A program made the translations under genes and the position numbers. A stretch of 57,735 nucleotides of DNA from a virus (taxonomy: Duplodnaviria > Caudoviricetes), in the IMG/VR virus record IMGVR_UViG_3300018083_000004, positions 1-57,735 of that record. The stretch is one strand, 5' to 3'. Positions within the stretch are counted from its first letter, which is position 1, and every line of letters begins with the position of its first letter. Below are positions 17,798-27,495 of this stretch, piece by piece. Below the pieces are notes generated by a model that had not been told where the DNA came from, searched no databases, and was given only the letters and a program-made list of their open reading frames with translations.

Positions 17798-18441
17798 GAT
17801 ACCAACTCGAGCAATGCCTGCGATAGCGTGCCGTTGGTCTGTTCTATTCCGATAGACTTAATCCGCGTGACACCATCCCAGATGAACCAACCCGATGCCG
17901 GCGCGTTCGTCAACAGCCACGCTTGATTGGGATACTGCGCTCCTGTGGGGGCGTCCCATTCTCCTGTGGTTAGCGTAGTGACCAGGTCGATCGCGCTTTT
18001 GATCGCGGCGCTATCGGATACGCTGATGCTGAAACCTACTATGATCGCCTCTCCGCTTGGCACCAGAACCCCGGTAGCGCGAAAAGCCACCCAGCCGACC
18101 GCGTCGGTAATAAATTGAGTGCCAACGGAAAAATTCGCGCTCGCCTGCAACACCGGCGCCATAAGGACGCTTGATAGCGCTCCATAAGCTACGTCGCCGC
18201 CCTGCCAATCGTTCGTGGTCAGGCCGCTCGCCTGATAGAAGATTTTCGTCACCGTATCTAGATAACGCTGGCCTACTTTTGTAGGTGTCACTACGCCGCG
18301 CGGACTCCCGGATCCGGTCAATGGTTCGCTTGACAACTGCAAATCGGAAATCTCACTTTTAGCGGTTGCAAATTGAGCGCGCACGGCCGTGGTAGTCGGA
18401 TTGCCGGTCGGCGGTACGCTCGCGTCAATGGCTGATGTCAT
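17794..18441 (-). CDS. Hypothetical virion protein
   Basis: GAGG RBS; MTSAIDASVP start; GSPRGVVT...GQRYLDT fibre-type motif. Confidence 0.6.
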   Translation of the reverse strand: MTSAIDASVPPTGNPTTTAVRAQFATAKSEISDLQLSSEPLTGSGSPRGVVTPTKVGQRYLDTVTKIFYQASGLTTNDWQGGDVAYGALSSVLMAPVLQASANFSVGTQFITDAVGWVAFRATGVLVPSGEAIIVGFSISVSDSAAIKSAIDLVTTLTTGEWDAPTGAQYPNQAWLLTNAPASGWFIWDGVTRIKSIGIEQTNGTLSQALLELVS

Positions 18442-18493
18442 GTGTAGTGATCCTCGGGGAGATAATTGGTGAAGCAGGTACGCTTGCGATGTT

Positions 18494-18907
18494 TCATTGG
18501 GCGTCCCAGATCGTCCCGCCGCCATCCCAGGAGCTGACGCCGAAATCCCAATTGGTGCCGACGTAGCCAATCGGAGTGAATACCTGCATAAAGACCGCCA
18601 TGATGTGACTTGCGTTTGGGGCAACGATTTGCCGGCGCCACTGCTGACAGATGGCTTGAATCTGCACCGGTGAGCGAGGCGGCGTCCAATCGAATGTCAC
18701 CGCTCCGGCATGCGCGCGAAAGAATGAGATTATGGCGTTGGCGTCAACATCGGTCTTACCACTAAACGTCAGATTCCACACTTGCGCGGTCGGGTTGATG
18801 CCGTCCGGGGAGATCTGTTGATAGCCGTCTCCGAAGTTGGCCATCAGAATGTTGGGCGTCTCTGATAGTTCGGCCGCATAACCAGGCGTCCAGGTAAAGG
18901 TTGACAT
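18494..18907 (-). CDS. Minor tail protein gpM-like
   Basis: TFTWTP, FGDGYQQ..DGIN, FDWTPP motifs; follows the tape measure gene. Confidence 0.92.
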   Translation of the reverse strand: MSTFTWTPGYAAELSETPNILMANFGDGYQQISPDGINPTAQVWNLTFSGKTDVDANAIISFFRAHAGAVTFDWTPPRSPVQIQAICQQWRRQIVAPNASHIMAVFMQVFTPIGYVGTNWDFGVSSWDGGGTIWDAQ

Positions 18908-18913
18908 GCGCGT

Positions 18914-21616
18914 TTAGGCTCCTGCGAAGCTGATACCGCCAGGGCGTTTCTGCCTGATCATCTCGGACTGTACGGCGGCGGCGATGACGCGCCCGAGCTC
19001 CTCGCCGTCTCGACTGCTCGACTGGACGCTCGACTGTCCGGAACTGGTGACGTTCACTTGCACGTTGACGTCACCCGTCCCGCCGCCACCATCGTTCAAC
19101 AACTTGACCGGTACGTACCGATTGCCTGACAGCGGGATCACCGCCTCACGTTGGCCTGGCACTTCTCCGGCCAGCGTCGGCCCGCTGGTAATCCCGCCAA
19201 CGGCCATGCGATTGGAGATGGCAACGCTAGTGCCAGCACCACCAAACAGCCCGGTAAAACCCGCGCCGACCGCGCCACCGGCCGCACCGAAGATGCTGCC
19301 GAAGATGGCTTGTGCCAATTGCTGCGCGGCGATCTGCTCCAGACCCTTGATGACGCTCTTGACGAAGTCCTGGAAGGCGGCTGTGGCGGTGCGCGTGCCT
19401 TGCAGAAAATCCACGAAAGCGTTGGAGAAACTGTCCTGAAAAATCCCCTGGAAGATGTTGGCGGCCGAGTGTGCGGCTGCTTCCAATCCCTCGATGGCGA
19501 CACGCATTTCCTCTACGCGTTGGATCATCTCCGGATCCTTCGTCTGCTTGGCGATCATTTCCAACGCATCGGCTTCCTTGCGCAGATTAGCTAGCGAGTC
19601 TTCGCGGGCGCGATCAAGCAGGATCTCGGTGTCAAGTGCCGATATAGAACCAGCGGTGCGCAGGTTCTGCACGCGTTGCTCCTCGATGCTCTCCTGGCGG
19701 AACAGCAACGTTGCCCGTTGTTGGGCGATCTGAAAGGCCTGAGCAGCCGCTGCCGCACCGGTTATTTGCGCGCGGATGTTGCGCAACTCCGCAGCTTGGC
19801 GCTCCAGATTGGCAACAGTCTCTTGATTGCCAAGCGCCTTGGCTTGTTCGATCGCGTTGCGAGTGATTGTCTCCAGAACGGGCAGAGACGCCAGACGCGA
19901 GGCATTGATGGCAGCTAATGCGTTCAGCTGATTTTTAGGGTCGGCTCCTGCCTCGGCCAGCTTGGATTGAATATCCAACTCTCGGGCAGCTTCCTGCTCG
20001 CGGATAACGTTGTATTCAAACGTGCTGTCGTTCAGTTTCGCCTGAGCGATCTGCGCAGCCTCTAACCGACGCAAATCGGCAAGTGCAGCCGGGCTCTTGT
20101 TGGATTGCAATTGAAGCTCGCGCACCCGCTCCTCAGTCGAAATGCGCAAACGAGAAGCTGCCTCGAAGTGACCTTGCTGCTCGAGCAGGGCGACGGTGGT
20201 CTGTGCAATGCTGTCGCGAAAGGCTTGTTCGGCATCGATTTGCTTGTCGGCGCTTTCGCGGGCGGCGACCGCGGTACGGGTGCGTACCAGTTCCGCCTGC
20301 GCCTGCAATCGTCCGATCTCACCCTGAATCGCCGGCTGTGCTGCCTTCGATGTAGAAGGTGACTTGAGCAGATTCTGTTGCGCCTTGATAGCGATGGCGA
20401 TCTGCTGCAGCTCGACGTCAGCCGCGTGCTGGGAGATCGCCGAGCGTGCATCGTAATACTGCTGGATGCTGACCAGCCCGCGATCATAAGACGACTGCAG
20501 CAAGGCCTGCTGTTCTGCCGCGCCGAGTTGTTCGATCTGCAACACCTTTTGAATGCCGGCGGCGGCAGCAGCGGCACGGGCTTGCAGGGCTTGATAGGCG
20601 GCCAGGCGCGCGGTTTCCGCATTACGCAATGCTGCCTGCTTCCGCGGTCCTTCCTCGGCCTTAGCTGCTTCCGCCTGAGATGCCGCTCGTTCGGCCGCCG
20701 AAGTAGGTTCCACCACCTCCGGGATCAACAGACGTTTGCGATCCTTCTCGAACAGCGACAGTGAACGAGCGAAGGCCAACGCCTTCTTGTCCAGCGTGTC
20801 GGCGCCCTTGAACTGCTCGATGTCAGAATCCAGATCCTTGAGCGCCTGCGTAATGAAATTAATGCCTTCGGCCGCCGCTTTTCCGGCACCAGACTTGCCG
20901 AGCGTAATGAGAAATTCCTCCCAGGCCTTGGATACTGATCTGGTCGCGCCGTAGAGACCGACATTTTCACCAGCTGCACCGCCGCCCAGGGAATTTTGCA
21001 GTTCGTCCAGGACGATCTTGGCTCGGCCGGCGACGTTACCGGTATCGATGAAATTCTGGATCAAGTCCTTTTGACCCTGATTCAGAACGACCCCGACATC
21101 GCGCAACGCTCGTAGCGAGCGTAGCGGATCCTCGATCGCTCGACCTAGCAAGTGCGCCGCATCTGCTGCGCTGGTCTTCTGAGCGGTGGCATACTCCAAC
21201 GTCACCTCGAGCGCCCGCTTGTAGACATCGTTATGGATGTCCCGGAATCGCAGCAGCGTCACCTCGGCTTCGCGGATATCGGTAGGCGAAAAGGCGGTGC
21301 TCTTGGCCAGCGCATCAGCCATCTCGTTGAGCTCGTCTTTCGTGAGCCCCGCCGCGTAGCCGGTCGCTTTCAACGCAGCGGCTAGGCGATTCTGCGAGCG
21401 TTCAAATTCTATGTTCGCCGTGACCGCCTCGCCGATGAATTCCTTGAGGCCAAGTCCAACGCCAATGGCTTCAAGCGTATGGCGCAGGGACTCGAATGCA
21501 CCGGAGATTTCGTCGGCGCTTTTCTTGGACGTGTTGACGGCTTGCTTGAGGTCGGACTCGAACTTGGCGAGTGAAACGTTAAGATCAACCGTTAGGGTCG
21601 TAAGTGCCAATGTCAT
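18914..21616 (-). CDS. Tail tape measure protein
   Basis: 900 aa, Ala/Gln-rich and helical; C-terminal AGEVPGQREAVIPL...RQKRPGG. Confidence 0.93.
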   Translation of the reverse strand: MTLALTTLTVDLNVSLAKFESDLKQAVNTSKKSADEISGAFESLRHTLEAIGVGLGLKEFIGEAVTANIEFERSQNRLAAALKATGYAAGLTKDELNEMADALAKSTAFSPTDIREAEVTLLRFRDIHNDVYKRALEVTLEYATAQKTSAADAAHLLGRAIEDPLRSLRALRDVGVVLNQGQKDLIQNFIDTGNVAGRAKIVLDELQNSLGGGAAGENVGLYGATRSVSKAWEEFLITLGKSGAGKAAAEGINFITQALKDLDSDIEQFKGADTLDKKALAFARSLSLFEKDRKRLLIPEVVEPTSAAERAASQAEAAKAEEGPRKQAALRNAETARLAAYQALQARAAAAAAGIQKVLQIEQLGAAEQQALLQSSYDRGLVSIQQYYDARSAISQHAADVELQQIAIAIKAQQNLLKSPSTSKAAQPAIQGEIGRLQAQAELVRTRTAVAARESADKQIDAEQAFRDSIAQTTVALLEQQGHFEAASRLRISTEERVRELQLQSNKSPAALADLRRLEAAQIAQAKLNDSTFEYNVIREQEAARELDIQSKLAEAGADPKNQLNALAAINASRLASLPVLETITRNAIEQAKALGNQETVANLERQAAELRNIRAQITGAAAAAQAFQIAQQRATLLFRQESIEEQRVQNLRTAGSISALDTEILLDRAREDSLANLRKEADALEMIAKQTKDPEMIQRVEEMRVAIEGLEAAAHSAANIFQGIFQDSFSNAFVDFLQGTRTATAAFQDFVKSVIKGLEQIAAQQLAQAIFGSIFGAAGGAVGAGFTGLFGGAGTSVAISNRMAVGGITSGPTLAGEVPGQREAVIPLSGNRYVPVKLLNDGGGGTGDVNVQVNVTSSGQSSVQSSSRDGEELGRVIAAAVQSEMIRQKRPGGISFAGA

Positions 21617-21987
21617 ACCCTCCGTTTGATCAACGTGTACCGCACGGTATGTATGAGCAGACCCAACTTAGAAAGCGCGTCGAGCCTTTCGCCTAGGACT
21701 TTTCTGCCGGTTCGTCTCAGCATGACATTCAAATCACATATGAGTGCCTGGAAATGATCTCCGCCTATTTCTTGCAGCTCTCCCGCCATGGCCGATCCGT
21801 GCAGCAGGCGCAGCAGCAATTGATCCGCCAACCCGACTTTTTCCGCCTGATCCGTGGTGACAGCGCTCCCGAGTCTCATGAAGTGATACCAATGCGGCCG
21901 GTGCGTCGGGTGCTTCAGCAGTTCGCGCGCCACGCAACGCATCATCGAATGCCAGTGGGCATCGGCGGATCTGCGAGGCTTGCTCAT
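21613..21987 (-). CDS. Hypothetical protein inserted between the tail chaperone and tape measure genes
   Basis: 124-aa ORF with an ATGA overlap to the tape measure gene; no recognisable family. Confidence 0.55.
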   Translation of the reverse strand: MSKPRRSADAHWHSMMRCVARELLKHPTHRPHWYHFMRLGSAVTTDQAEKVGLADQLLLRLLHGSAMAGELQEIGGDHFQALICDLNVMLRRTGRKVLGERLDALSKLGLLIHTVRYTLIKRRV

Positions 21988-21994
21988 TGGAAAA

Positions 21995-22216
21995 TTACTC
22001 CGTCTCTTGGTTGCGTTTGTGCCAATCTCGTATCTCGGCTACTTGCGCGATGAAGGCGTCCAGATCGGTGATGCCGTACAGCTCCGCTATGATCGGCAGA
22101 GCAACCCAGTTGATCTCGCCGCCCATGAGATTCCAAGCACGCAGCGGCAACATCGCTTCCTGCGGTGGTGGGCCTGGCTCGAACGGCTGGGTCGTGGTGC
22201 TCAGCCAGGCGTCGAG
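21995..22216 (-). CDS. Tail chaperone gpT moiety, reached by -1 frameshift
   Basis: Open -1 frame LDAWLSTTQPFEPGPPPQEAMLPLRAWNLMGGEINWVALPIIAELYGITDLD...ETE*, after the slippery site A AAA AAC at 22222-22216. Confidence 0.8.
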   Translation of the reverse strand, partial: LDAWLSTTTQPFEPGPPPQEAMLPLRAWNLMGGEINWVALPIIAELYGITDLDAFIAQVAEIRDWHKRNQETE

Positions 22217-22572
22217 TTTTTTGTCAGTGCCTGCCGTTTCTCGTTGTAGGCGACGAACTCATCCATCAGAGCGGTGATCAGCGGGCCGAATAGATCGGAG
22301 CGATCTGCCAGCCATTCATCTCGCACCGATTCGCTGAACGACAGCGGATGCGGATCGCCGCCGTTGAGCACATCGCTTTCAATCACGTTGCTCCAGCCGA
22401 TGATGAACGGCAGAAAACGGGCCGTGCTGGCATTGCTGCCGTCCGGCCTCGTGGCTACGGTCTCGAACCATTCGACCTCGGTGGGCCGGCGCAGAGTAAA
22501 ACTGTGACCGCCGACTTCCTTGGTGAACTCTCGAGCCTTGCGGATTTTCTCCGACAGTGTTTTGGGTTCCAT
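22201..22572 (-). CDS. Tail assembly chaperone gpG
   Basis: GGAGGAG RBS; lies between tail tube and tape measure; ends in TKN at a slippery site. Confidence 0.85.
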   Translation of the reverse strand: MEPKTLSEKIRKAREFTKEVGGHSFTLRRPTEVEWFETVATRPDGSNASTARFLPFIIGWSNVIESDVLNGGDPHPLSFSESVRDEWLADRSDLFGPLITALMDEFVAYNEKRQALTKNSTPG

Positions 22573-22639
22573 ACTCCTCCGTGGTTAGCTTGCATCGATG
22601 GCGGCGTCAACGAGAGTGACCGTTGTATGCTGCAATGCA

Positions 22640-23287
22640 TTACGCGCTGTAATACGTGGGCCGTCCGAACAAAGTTATGACGGATTTTGTCGTGACAAGG
22701 GCTTGAGCGCTCCCGCCAGGCAACAGCGATGCACCGACGTATCCGTTGAATAACATTAGCTGACCTCCGGACCCAAAAGTAAAACGGAATGCACGTTGCG
22801 ACTGATTGTCGGCCGCCACTTTCATGGCCAGCAATCCCGCATCGCTCACGTCCCAGATGTTATCCATGCTGAAACTTGATGCGCTCGCGAGGCCAGGCAC
22901 CTGCGTCTTAGTGTTGCCGTGAATCGTGGTCGTATCGATAAAGTCGAAGTCACCGCCCGAGCTGCTGATCGTCGTCGCAGTCGTTATCGAGGTGCCGTAG
23001 GTGATCTTGGAGAACGTGCTGCCAGTCGCGCTGAAAGTGTCATACAGTGTCGTGTCCTCGCCCTCGAGCGTGAAGTTGGCACCCGACACCGTCTTGACGC
23101 GAAACACGCGACCATCCAACTGGAACATGCCCTGCACCGTGAGCAGAACGAAGTCTCCGTTGGACAGCGTATTGGTCGCCGTCACGACACCTTCCGATGC
23201 TTTCGAGATAGCGGTAATCGCCGCGGGCGCCGCCAGGACGGATTGCATTGCGACCGCGACGTTGATCCATTTGCGAGCTAGTGCCAT
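22640..23287 (-). CDS. Major tail tube protein
   Basis: ITAISKA, SSSGGDFDFIDTTTI, FNGYVG motifs; synteny. Confidence 0.85.
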   Translation of the reverse strand: MALARKWINVAVAMQSVLAAPAAITAISKASEGVVTATNTLSNGDFVLLTVQGMFQLDGRVFRVKTVSGANFTLEGEDTTLYDTFSATGSTFSKITYGTSITTATTISSSGGDFDFIDTTTIHGNTKTQVPGLASASSFSMDNIWDVSDAGLLAMKVAADNQSQRAFRFTFGSGGQLMLFNGYVGASLLPGGSAQALVTTKSVITLFGRPTYYSA

Positions 23288-23298
23288 GGTGGCGCTCC

Positions 23299-23372
23299 AA
23301 AAAAAAACGCCCCACCCAGGAAACCCTGGGCAGGGCGCGTTGTTTGAAAGAACGCCCGCTCGAATCAGCGGG
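23299..23372 (-). terminator. Two hairpins plus a U9 tract upstream of the tail tube gene
   Basis: CGCCCGCT-gattcg-AGCGGGCG, then a GCCC.GCCCAGG/CCTGGGTGGGC stem followed by T9. Confidence 0.6.
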
Positions 23373-23389
23373 CGCGATTTATTTCAGTG

Positions 23390-23743
23390 TTATTCCCAGA
23401 CGATGCAATCGATGATGGTGGCGTAGGCCTCGGTTTCTGGATCGTAGCCGGCACGGCGGTCCTGGCTATAGCAGCCGGCTGTTTGCAACGCATCGGCTGC
23501 GACTTGCGCGAGTTGATCGGCATCCATTCGATCAGACGCCCAACAGGCGATCGAGATATTCGCCGCCATAGCGGCTAGACCTCCGTCGATGGTATACGTG
23601 GGCTGCGAGCTGGACCGATCGAAGACGATCAGCGGCAGAGGTTCGCCCTGCGGCGCTACATCCGGATAGACGCGTTGGGCTACCAACTCCGCTACTGCGG
23701 GCGCATCGATCAGCGTCTGATAGGTAATGCTCTCGGCGCTCAT
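23390..23743 (-). CDS. Tail terminator (DUF3168-like)
   Basis: RVYPDVAPQGEPLPLIVF motif; synteny. Confidence 0.8.
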   Translation of the reverse strand: MSAESITYQTLIDAPAVAELVAQRVYPDVAPQGEPLPLIVFDRSSSQPTYTIDGGLAAMAANISIACWASDRMDADQLAQVAADALQTAGCYSQDRRAGYDPETEAYATIIDCIVWE

Positions 23744-24186
23744 ACGCGTTTGTTAGCCTTGGCGATGCGTTTAGCGATCTCGGCCTGGAAGATATCGAGC
23801 ACCTGGCCCCATGTGGATTCGCCGGCTGGTTTTAGGAACGGCCGTGCGCGCATCTTGGAGGTGCCGCGTTCCAGGAACTTGCCGTAATACGGGTCCTGGC
23901 CCTTTACTCGCAGCTGCACGCGCGTACCCTTCACTCTGCGGGCGCTATCCTTGCGAACGCCAACGAAGCCGCCGATGACGCCGCCCTGCCCTCGAAAAAT
24001 CCTGCTCTTGAAAATGCCAATGTGAGCGCGCAGGACACCGGTGCGAAACGCAGAGTTGCCTTTCGCCGCGTTCAGCGTAGGACGCAATGCGGCACGTATG
24101 GCAGCGTTCACCACCTTGCGCCGCATGTCGCTAGTGAGCTCCTCGACGGCCTTCCGGAAGTCCTGTATCCCGCGCACCTCAGCCAT
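23740..24186 (-). CDS. HK97 gp10-like neck protein
   Basis: RTGVLR and YYGKFLERGTSKMRARPFLKPA motifs. Confidence 0.9.
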   Translation of the reverse strand: MAEVRGIQDFRKAVEELTSDMRRKVVNAAIRAALRPTLNAAKGNSAFRTGVLRAHIGIFKSRIFRGQGGVIGGFVGVRKDSARRVKGTRVQLRVKGQDPYYGKFLERGTSKMRARPFLKPAGESTWGQVLDIFQAEIAKRIAKANKRV

Positions 24187-24502
24187 TGCGCACTCCCGTC
24201 TGGCATTCCAGATCCAGGTAACGATGCTGATCGATATCGATGATGTCCAGGATGTCGTACGGCCGGCGTTCCCAGATCAGACGCCACTCCGTCGATAGAT
24301 CTGGCCGGTATCGAATGCGAAAGCGCATAGTCGTCTCGGCATGCTTCTGCTGAGCAACGATCAATTCGCGCCCGGAGAGCGCCATGGCTGAGCCCCATAC
24401 CGGCAATTCGTCTATCCAGGTCGTCACACTGCCGCCCACGGCATCGCGCGTCGTCTCACGGCGTTGCAGCATAAAACGCCTGTTGAAGTCCCCTGGATCC
24501 AT
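24179..24502 (-). CDS. Head closure protein (SPP1 gp16-like)
   Basis: MDPGDFNRR, LSGRE, RFRIRYR motifs. Confidence 0.88.
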   Translation of the reverse strand: MDPGDFNRRFMLQRRETTRDAVGGSVTTWIDELPVWGSAMALSGRELIVAQQKHAETTMRFRIRYRPDLSTEWRLIWERRPYDILDIIDIDQHRYLDLECQTGVRNG

Positions 24503-24505
24503 GGA

Positions 24506-25126
24506 TCAGATACTCACCACGCGATGGGAGTCCAACAGGCCGTCGATAAACGGGTTGATGGTGAGATCACCGCGCTCACGGGTAATGGTGCGATGCTCGT
24601 ACATATCGGCGATGGCGCACAGCATCCATTGTCGGATGTTTTCCGGCACCTGCGTTTCGTCATCTCCGAAACCCACGCGCACGGCTATCTGCACCGCCCC
24701 TAAGCGCTTCGCGGTGGCAGGCCACATCTGCCCATAGAGCGGCATCAGGCGCGTGCGCAACCCGAAGGCATCGCTCTGATAGCTCATGGAGTCCATCGTG
24801 ATCAAAACGTTGTTCTCGTCGTAATACTTCAGCGAGAGCACCTGCTGCACCGGTACCAGCGGAATGGTATAGGCCTGCAGATAAGACGCGCTGCTCGAGC
24901 TGGCCAAGCAACCTGGGAAGTAATCCAGGGCAATCGCCCAATCCTGCGTGATCAGTTTCTGATGCAGAGCGGTCTCCGCCAGGATGCGCGCCGCGGTAAT
25001 GGCGCCAGCGATCAAGACATCGTCCTCTGTGATGTCCTCGTCTAGCCTGCAGTGATCGCGCGCCGTGGTCAAAGAGATTGGCTCGACTACAGGCGGCACG
25101 CTGAGTTTCAACTGATAGCGTTGCAT
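24506..25126 (-). CDS. Head-tail connector (HK97 gp6-like)
   Basis: EPISLTTARDHCRLD, LITQDW, VPENIRQWML..IADMYEHR motifs. Confidence 0.88.
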   Translation of the reverse strand: MQRYQLKLSVPPVVEPISLTTARDHCRLDEDITEDDVLIAGAITAARILAETALHQKLITQDWAIALDYFPGCLASSSSASYLQAYTIPLVPVQQVLSLKYYDENNVLITMDSMSYQSDAFGLRTRLMPLYGQMWPATAKRLGAVQIAVRVGFGDDETQVPENIRQWMLCAIADMYEHRTITRERGDLTINPFIDGLLDSHRVVSI

Positions 25127-25128
25127 GG

Positions 25129-25452
25129 TCAGGTGATCTCCAGCCAGAACGATTGATCCGCCTCGCGTCCGCCAGGCGCCGTGACAATGGTATTGACGAT
25201 GAGATAGCGCTTGCCCTTTATCGCGTTTTGTCCGTCGATCCAACAGACGCTCATGGTCAAAGTGAAATCGGCTTGCGACATGATCAAAGGACTAGGAACG
25301 CTCCAAACGCTCGAGCCGAGTTGATCCCCGCCGCCCTGCTTGGACAGCCACGGACTCCAATCGATTGGATAGTCCAGACGCTCGCCCACCTCCATGGTGG
25401 TGTACAGACCATCCGATCGCCGGCGGAACACGTCTCGATATACAACGGTCAT
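25129..25452 (-). CDS. Putative fibre adaptor/virion protein
   Basis: RLDYPIDWSPWL...SSVW...VNTIVT..GREADQSF pattern seen in head-region accessory genes. Confidence 0.6.
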   Translation of the reverse strand: MTVVYRDVFRRRSDGLYTTMEVGERLDYPIDWSPWLSKQGGGDQLGSSVWSVPSPLIMSQADFTLTMSVCWIDGQNAIKGKRYLIVNTIVTAPGGREADQSFWLEIT

Positions 25453-25474
25453 GATCCATTGTTCCTAGAGTTTT

Positions 25475-27391
25475 TCACACGTCCACCACAATGAGGCGAT
25501 CAGAGCCGTCCACCGTGATGGTGCGATTATCGCCGTCTACTGTAATTACGGGCGTCCATACCGTTCCGCCTTCCACGCGGAATCCGTCTCCAGCATGCAC
25601 GCTTTCAATAAACGACGGCTGAATGCCGATTTCAGAATCCAGCAGATCGGCCACGCCTACGCTTTCAAATACGTCTGCCGTGGTTACGCGCACGCAGTCG
25701 AAATCTTGCTCGGCTGATGCGAGCTCCACAAACCCCATGCCGGCCTGATGGGTGACAGCAAACAGGCTGTCCGCGCGAACTGCGTCCAGGAATCCAGTTG
25801 AAGATCCGAAAAAGCTATCGAAGATACTACCCGCTGTTATCGGCTCGACTACGCCGGCACCGATTGCGAAGATAGCCGTTGCCGCGAACGGAGCATCGAC
25901 TGCGCCGGTTTCAATAAAATGATTGGCGGCCAGGATCAACGCATCCAGATCGGTCCCCGCAACAGAGGCCTCAATCACAGTAGCCGTCGCCTCTAGCAAA
26001 ACGCTAGTGCTATCCTCCGATAACGCTGATTCCACGAACTCCGTTCCAATCTCTGGTATTCCATCGGACGTATCGTTCGCAATCGAAGATTCCACGAAAT
26101 CAGAAACCAGGTTGTATCCTCCGATCAGCGCGTCGACAACATTAGCCGATTCGCTGAAGGATACCGGCGTATCGAACGTCTGCGTCATTACGTCAACCGC
26201 TGCGCCAGATTCGGAGAACGCACCCTCCGTGATCTCCGTTCCAGCAAGTGCATGTACTGCCACCGCGCTTTCACTGAATGTTGCGGCAAACTGAACCGTC
26301 GCGGCTACGACATCTGCAACTATGGCTGGCTCGAAAACTACAGAACCGGTCTGGAAGTTAAACGACGCAGCGCTGGCGGCACTTTCAGAGAACGCAGACA
26401 ACACTACGCCGATGGCCTGGAAACTATCAAAAGCTGCCAGTTCGGAGCTGTCGAAACTATCGACCACGCTCACGCCATCGATGAACGCGGCTGCCGTTTC
26501 CAAGACAGCGCTCGGCACGTCAGCGGCATCGGCAGATTCCACCAGAATGGCAAGATCCACCGCGCTCGTGACGAAGTCATCGGTGACGCTTATCGAATCC
26601 GTGAAGCTGTTCGATGGCGCGATGGTGGCATCGCTATTGCTGTCGGATGCGGCGGACTCCGAAAAGCTGGACGTTATCGCAAAGAGCGAATCGAACGTGT
26701 CAGCGGCCACCGTCGATTCACTGAATGTGGCAGCAGGGGTGGTGGTCCCGCCAACGTTGATCAGATTCGCAGTTGCTACGTCGGTAAATGTCGCTGCATA
26801 AGTGCCGACGCTAGCGGCGGTGATATCTACTGCACTAGACTCAGAGAATGCGGCCGCGTAGACCGCGACGCCCGCCACCGCATCGGCGCTCGTCGCCGAC
26901 TCGTTGATGGTGAGCGTGCTAGAGGTGACGCGCAACAACAGACCAATACTCGGCAACGGTGCCGCATCACCGGATGCGCCGCTGATGAAACCATCGCTCG
27001 GAAAGTCCGACGCGATCGAATCGGTAAAAACAACCGGATATATCGGCAGGCCAGTGCTAGTCCAGTTCGCCGTGCCAGATTCTAAGAAAGCCGCGACTGC
27101 CGTCTGCGCTGAAGAGACGGTATCGGCAGCAATTGCGCCTTCGGTAACTGCACCAACGTTAAGAATGATGCCGTCGTTTGTAACGACGCTAGCACCAGTC
27201 TCCGAAAATGTATCGCCGAAGATGAACCCGCGATAGAACGTTTCGACAGCCGCCGCGCTCTCGGCAAACGCCGCAACAGCAGAAAGCGCTGCTGCTGCAT
27301 TGTAGGCAGTGGAGGTGGCCGTTTCCTGAAATGCGGCGCTGGTGGTGGCGAGCACCAGGCCCAGCGACGGCAGGGGCGCTGGCGCTTGCAT
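25475..27391 (-). CDS. Acidic repeat protein (about 22-aa F.ES....D repeats), putative head/neck fibre
   Basis: More than 20 imperfect F(S/T/V/I)ES...AD units; A/S/T/E/D-rich, no Lys. Confidence 0.75.
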   Translation of the reverse strand: MQAPAPLPSLGLVLATTSAAFQETATSTAYNAAAALSAVAAFAESAAAVETFYRGFIFGDTFSETGASVVTNDGIILNVGAVTEGAIAADTVSSAQTAVAAFLESGTANWTSTGLPIYPVVFTDSIASDFPSDGFISGASGDAAPLPSIGLLLRVTSSTLTINESATSADAVAGVAVYAAAFSESSAVDITAASVGTYAATFTDVATANLINVGGTTTPAATFSESTVAADTFDSLFAITSSFSESAASDSNSDATIAPSNSFTDSISVTDDFVTSAVDLAILVESADAADVPSAVLETAAAFIDGVSVVDSFDSSELAAFDSFQAIGVVLSAFSESAASAASFNFQTGSVVFEPAIVADVVAATVQFAATFSESAVAVHALAGTEITEGAFSESGAAVDVMTQTFDTPVSFSESANVVDALIGGYNLVSDFVESSIANDTSDGIPEIGTEFVESALSEDSTSVLLEATATVIEASVAGTDLDALILAANHFIETGAVDAPFAATAIFAIGAGVVEPITAGSIFDSFFGSSTGFLDAVRADSLFAVTHQAGMGFVELASAEQDFDCVRVTTADVFESVGVADLLDSEIGIQPSFIESVHAGDGFRVEGGTVWTPVITVDGDNRTITVDGSDRLIVVDV

Positions 27392-27495
27392 GCCCTACTC
27401 CTTCACATAGCAATCAATTGGAACGGCACGCGCAATCCATGCCAATTCGGCAGCTGGAATCCCATCGCGCAATATGCTCTTTGCGACCATTCCCA

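Noticed and set aside
27395-27490. 31-aa ORF MVAKSILRDG...
   Set aside because: Too short to support from sequence alone.
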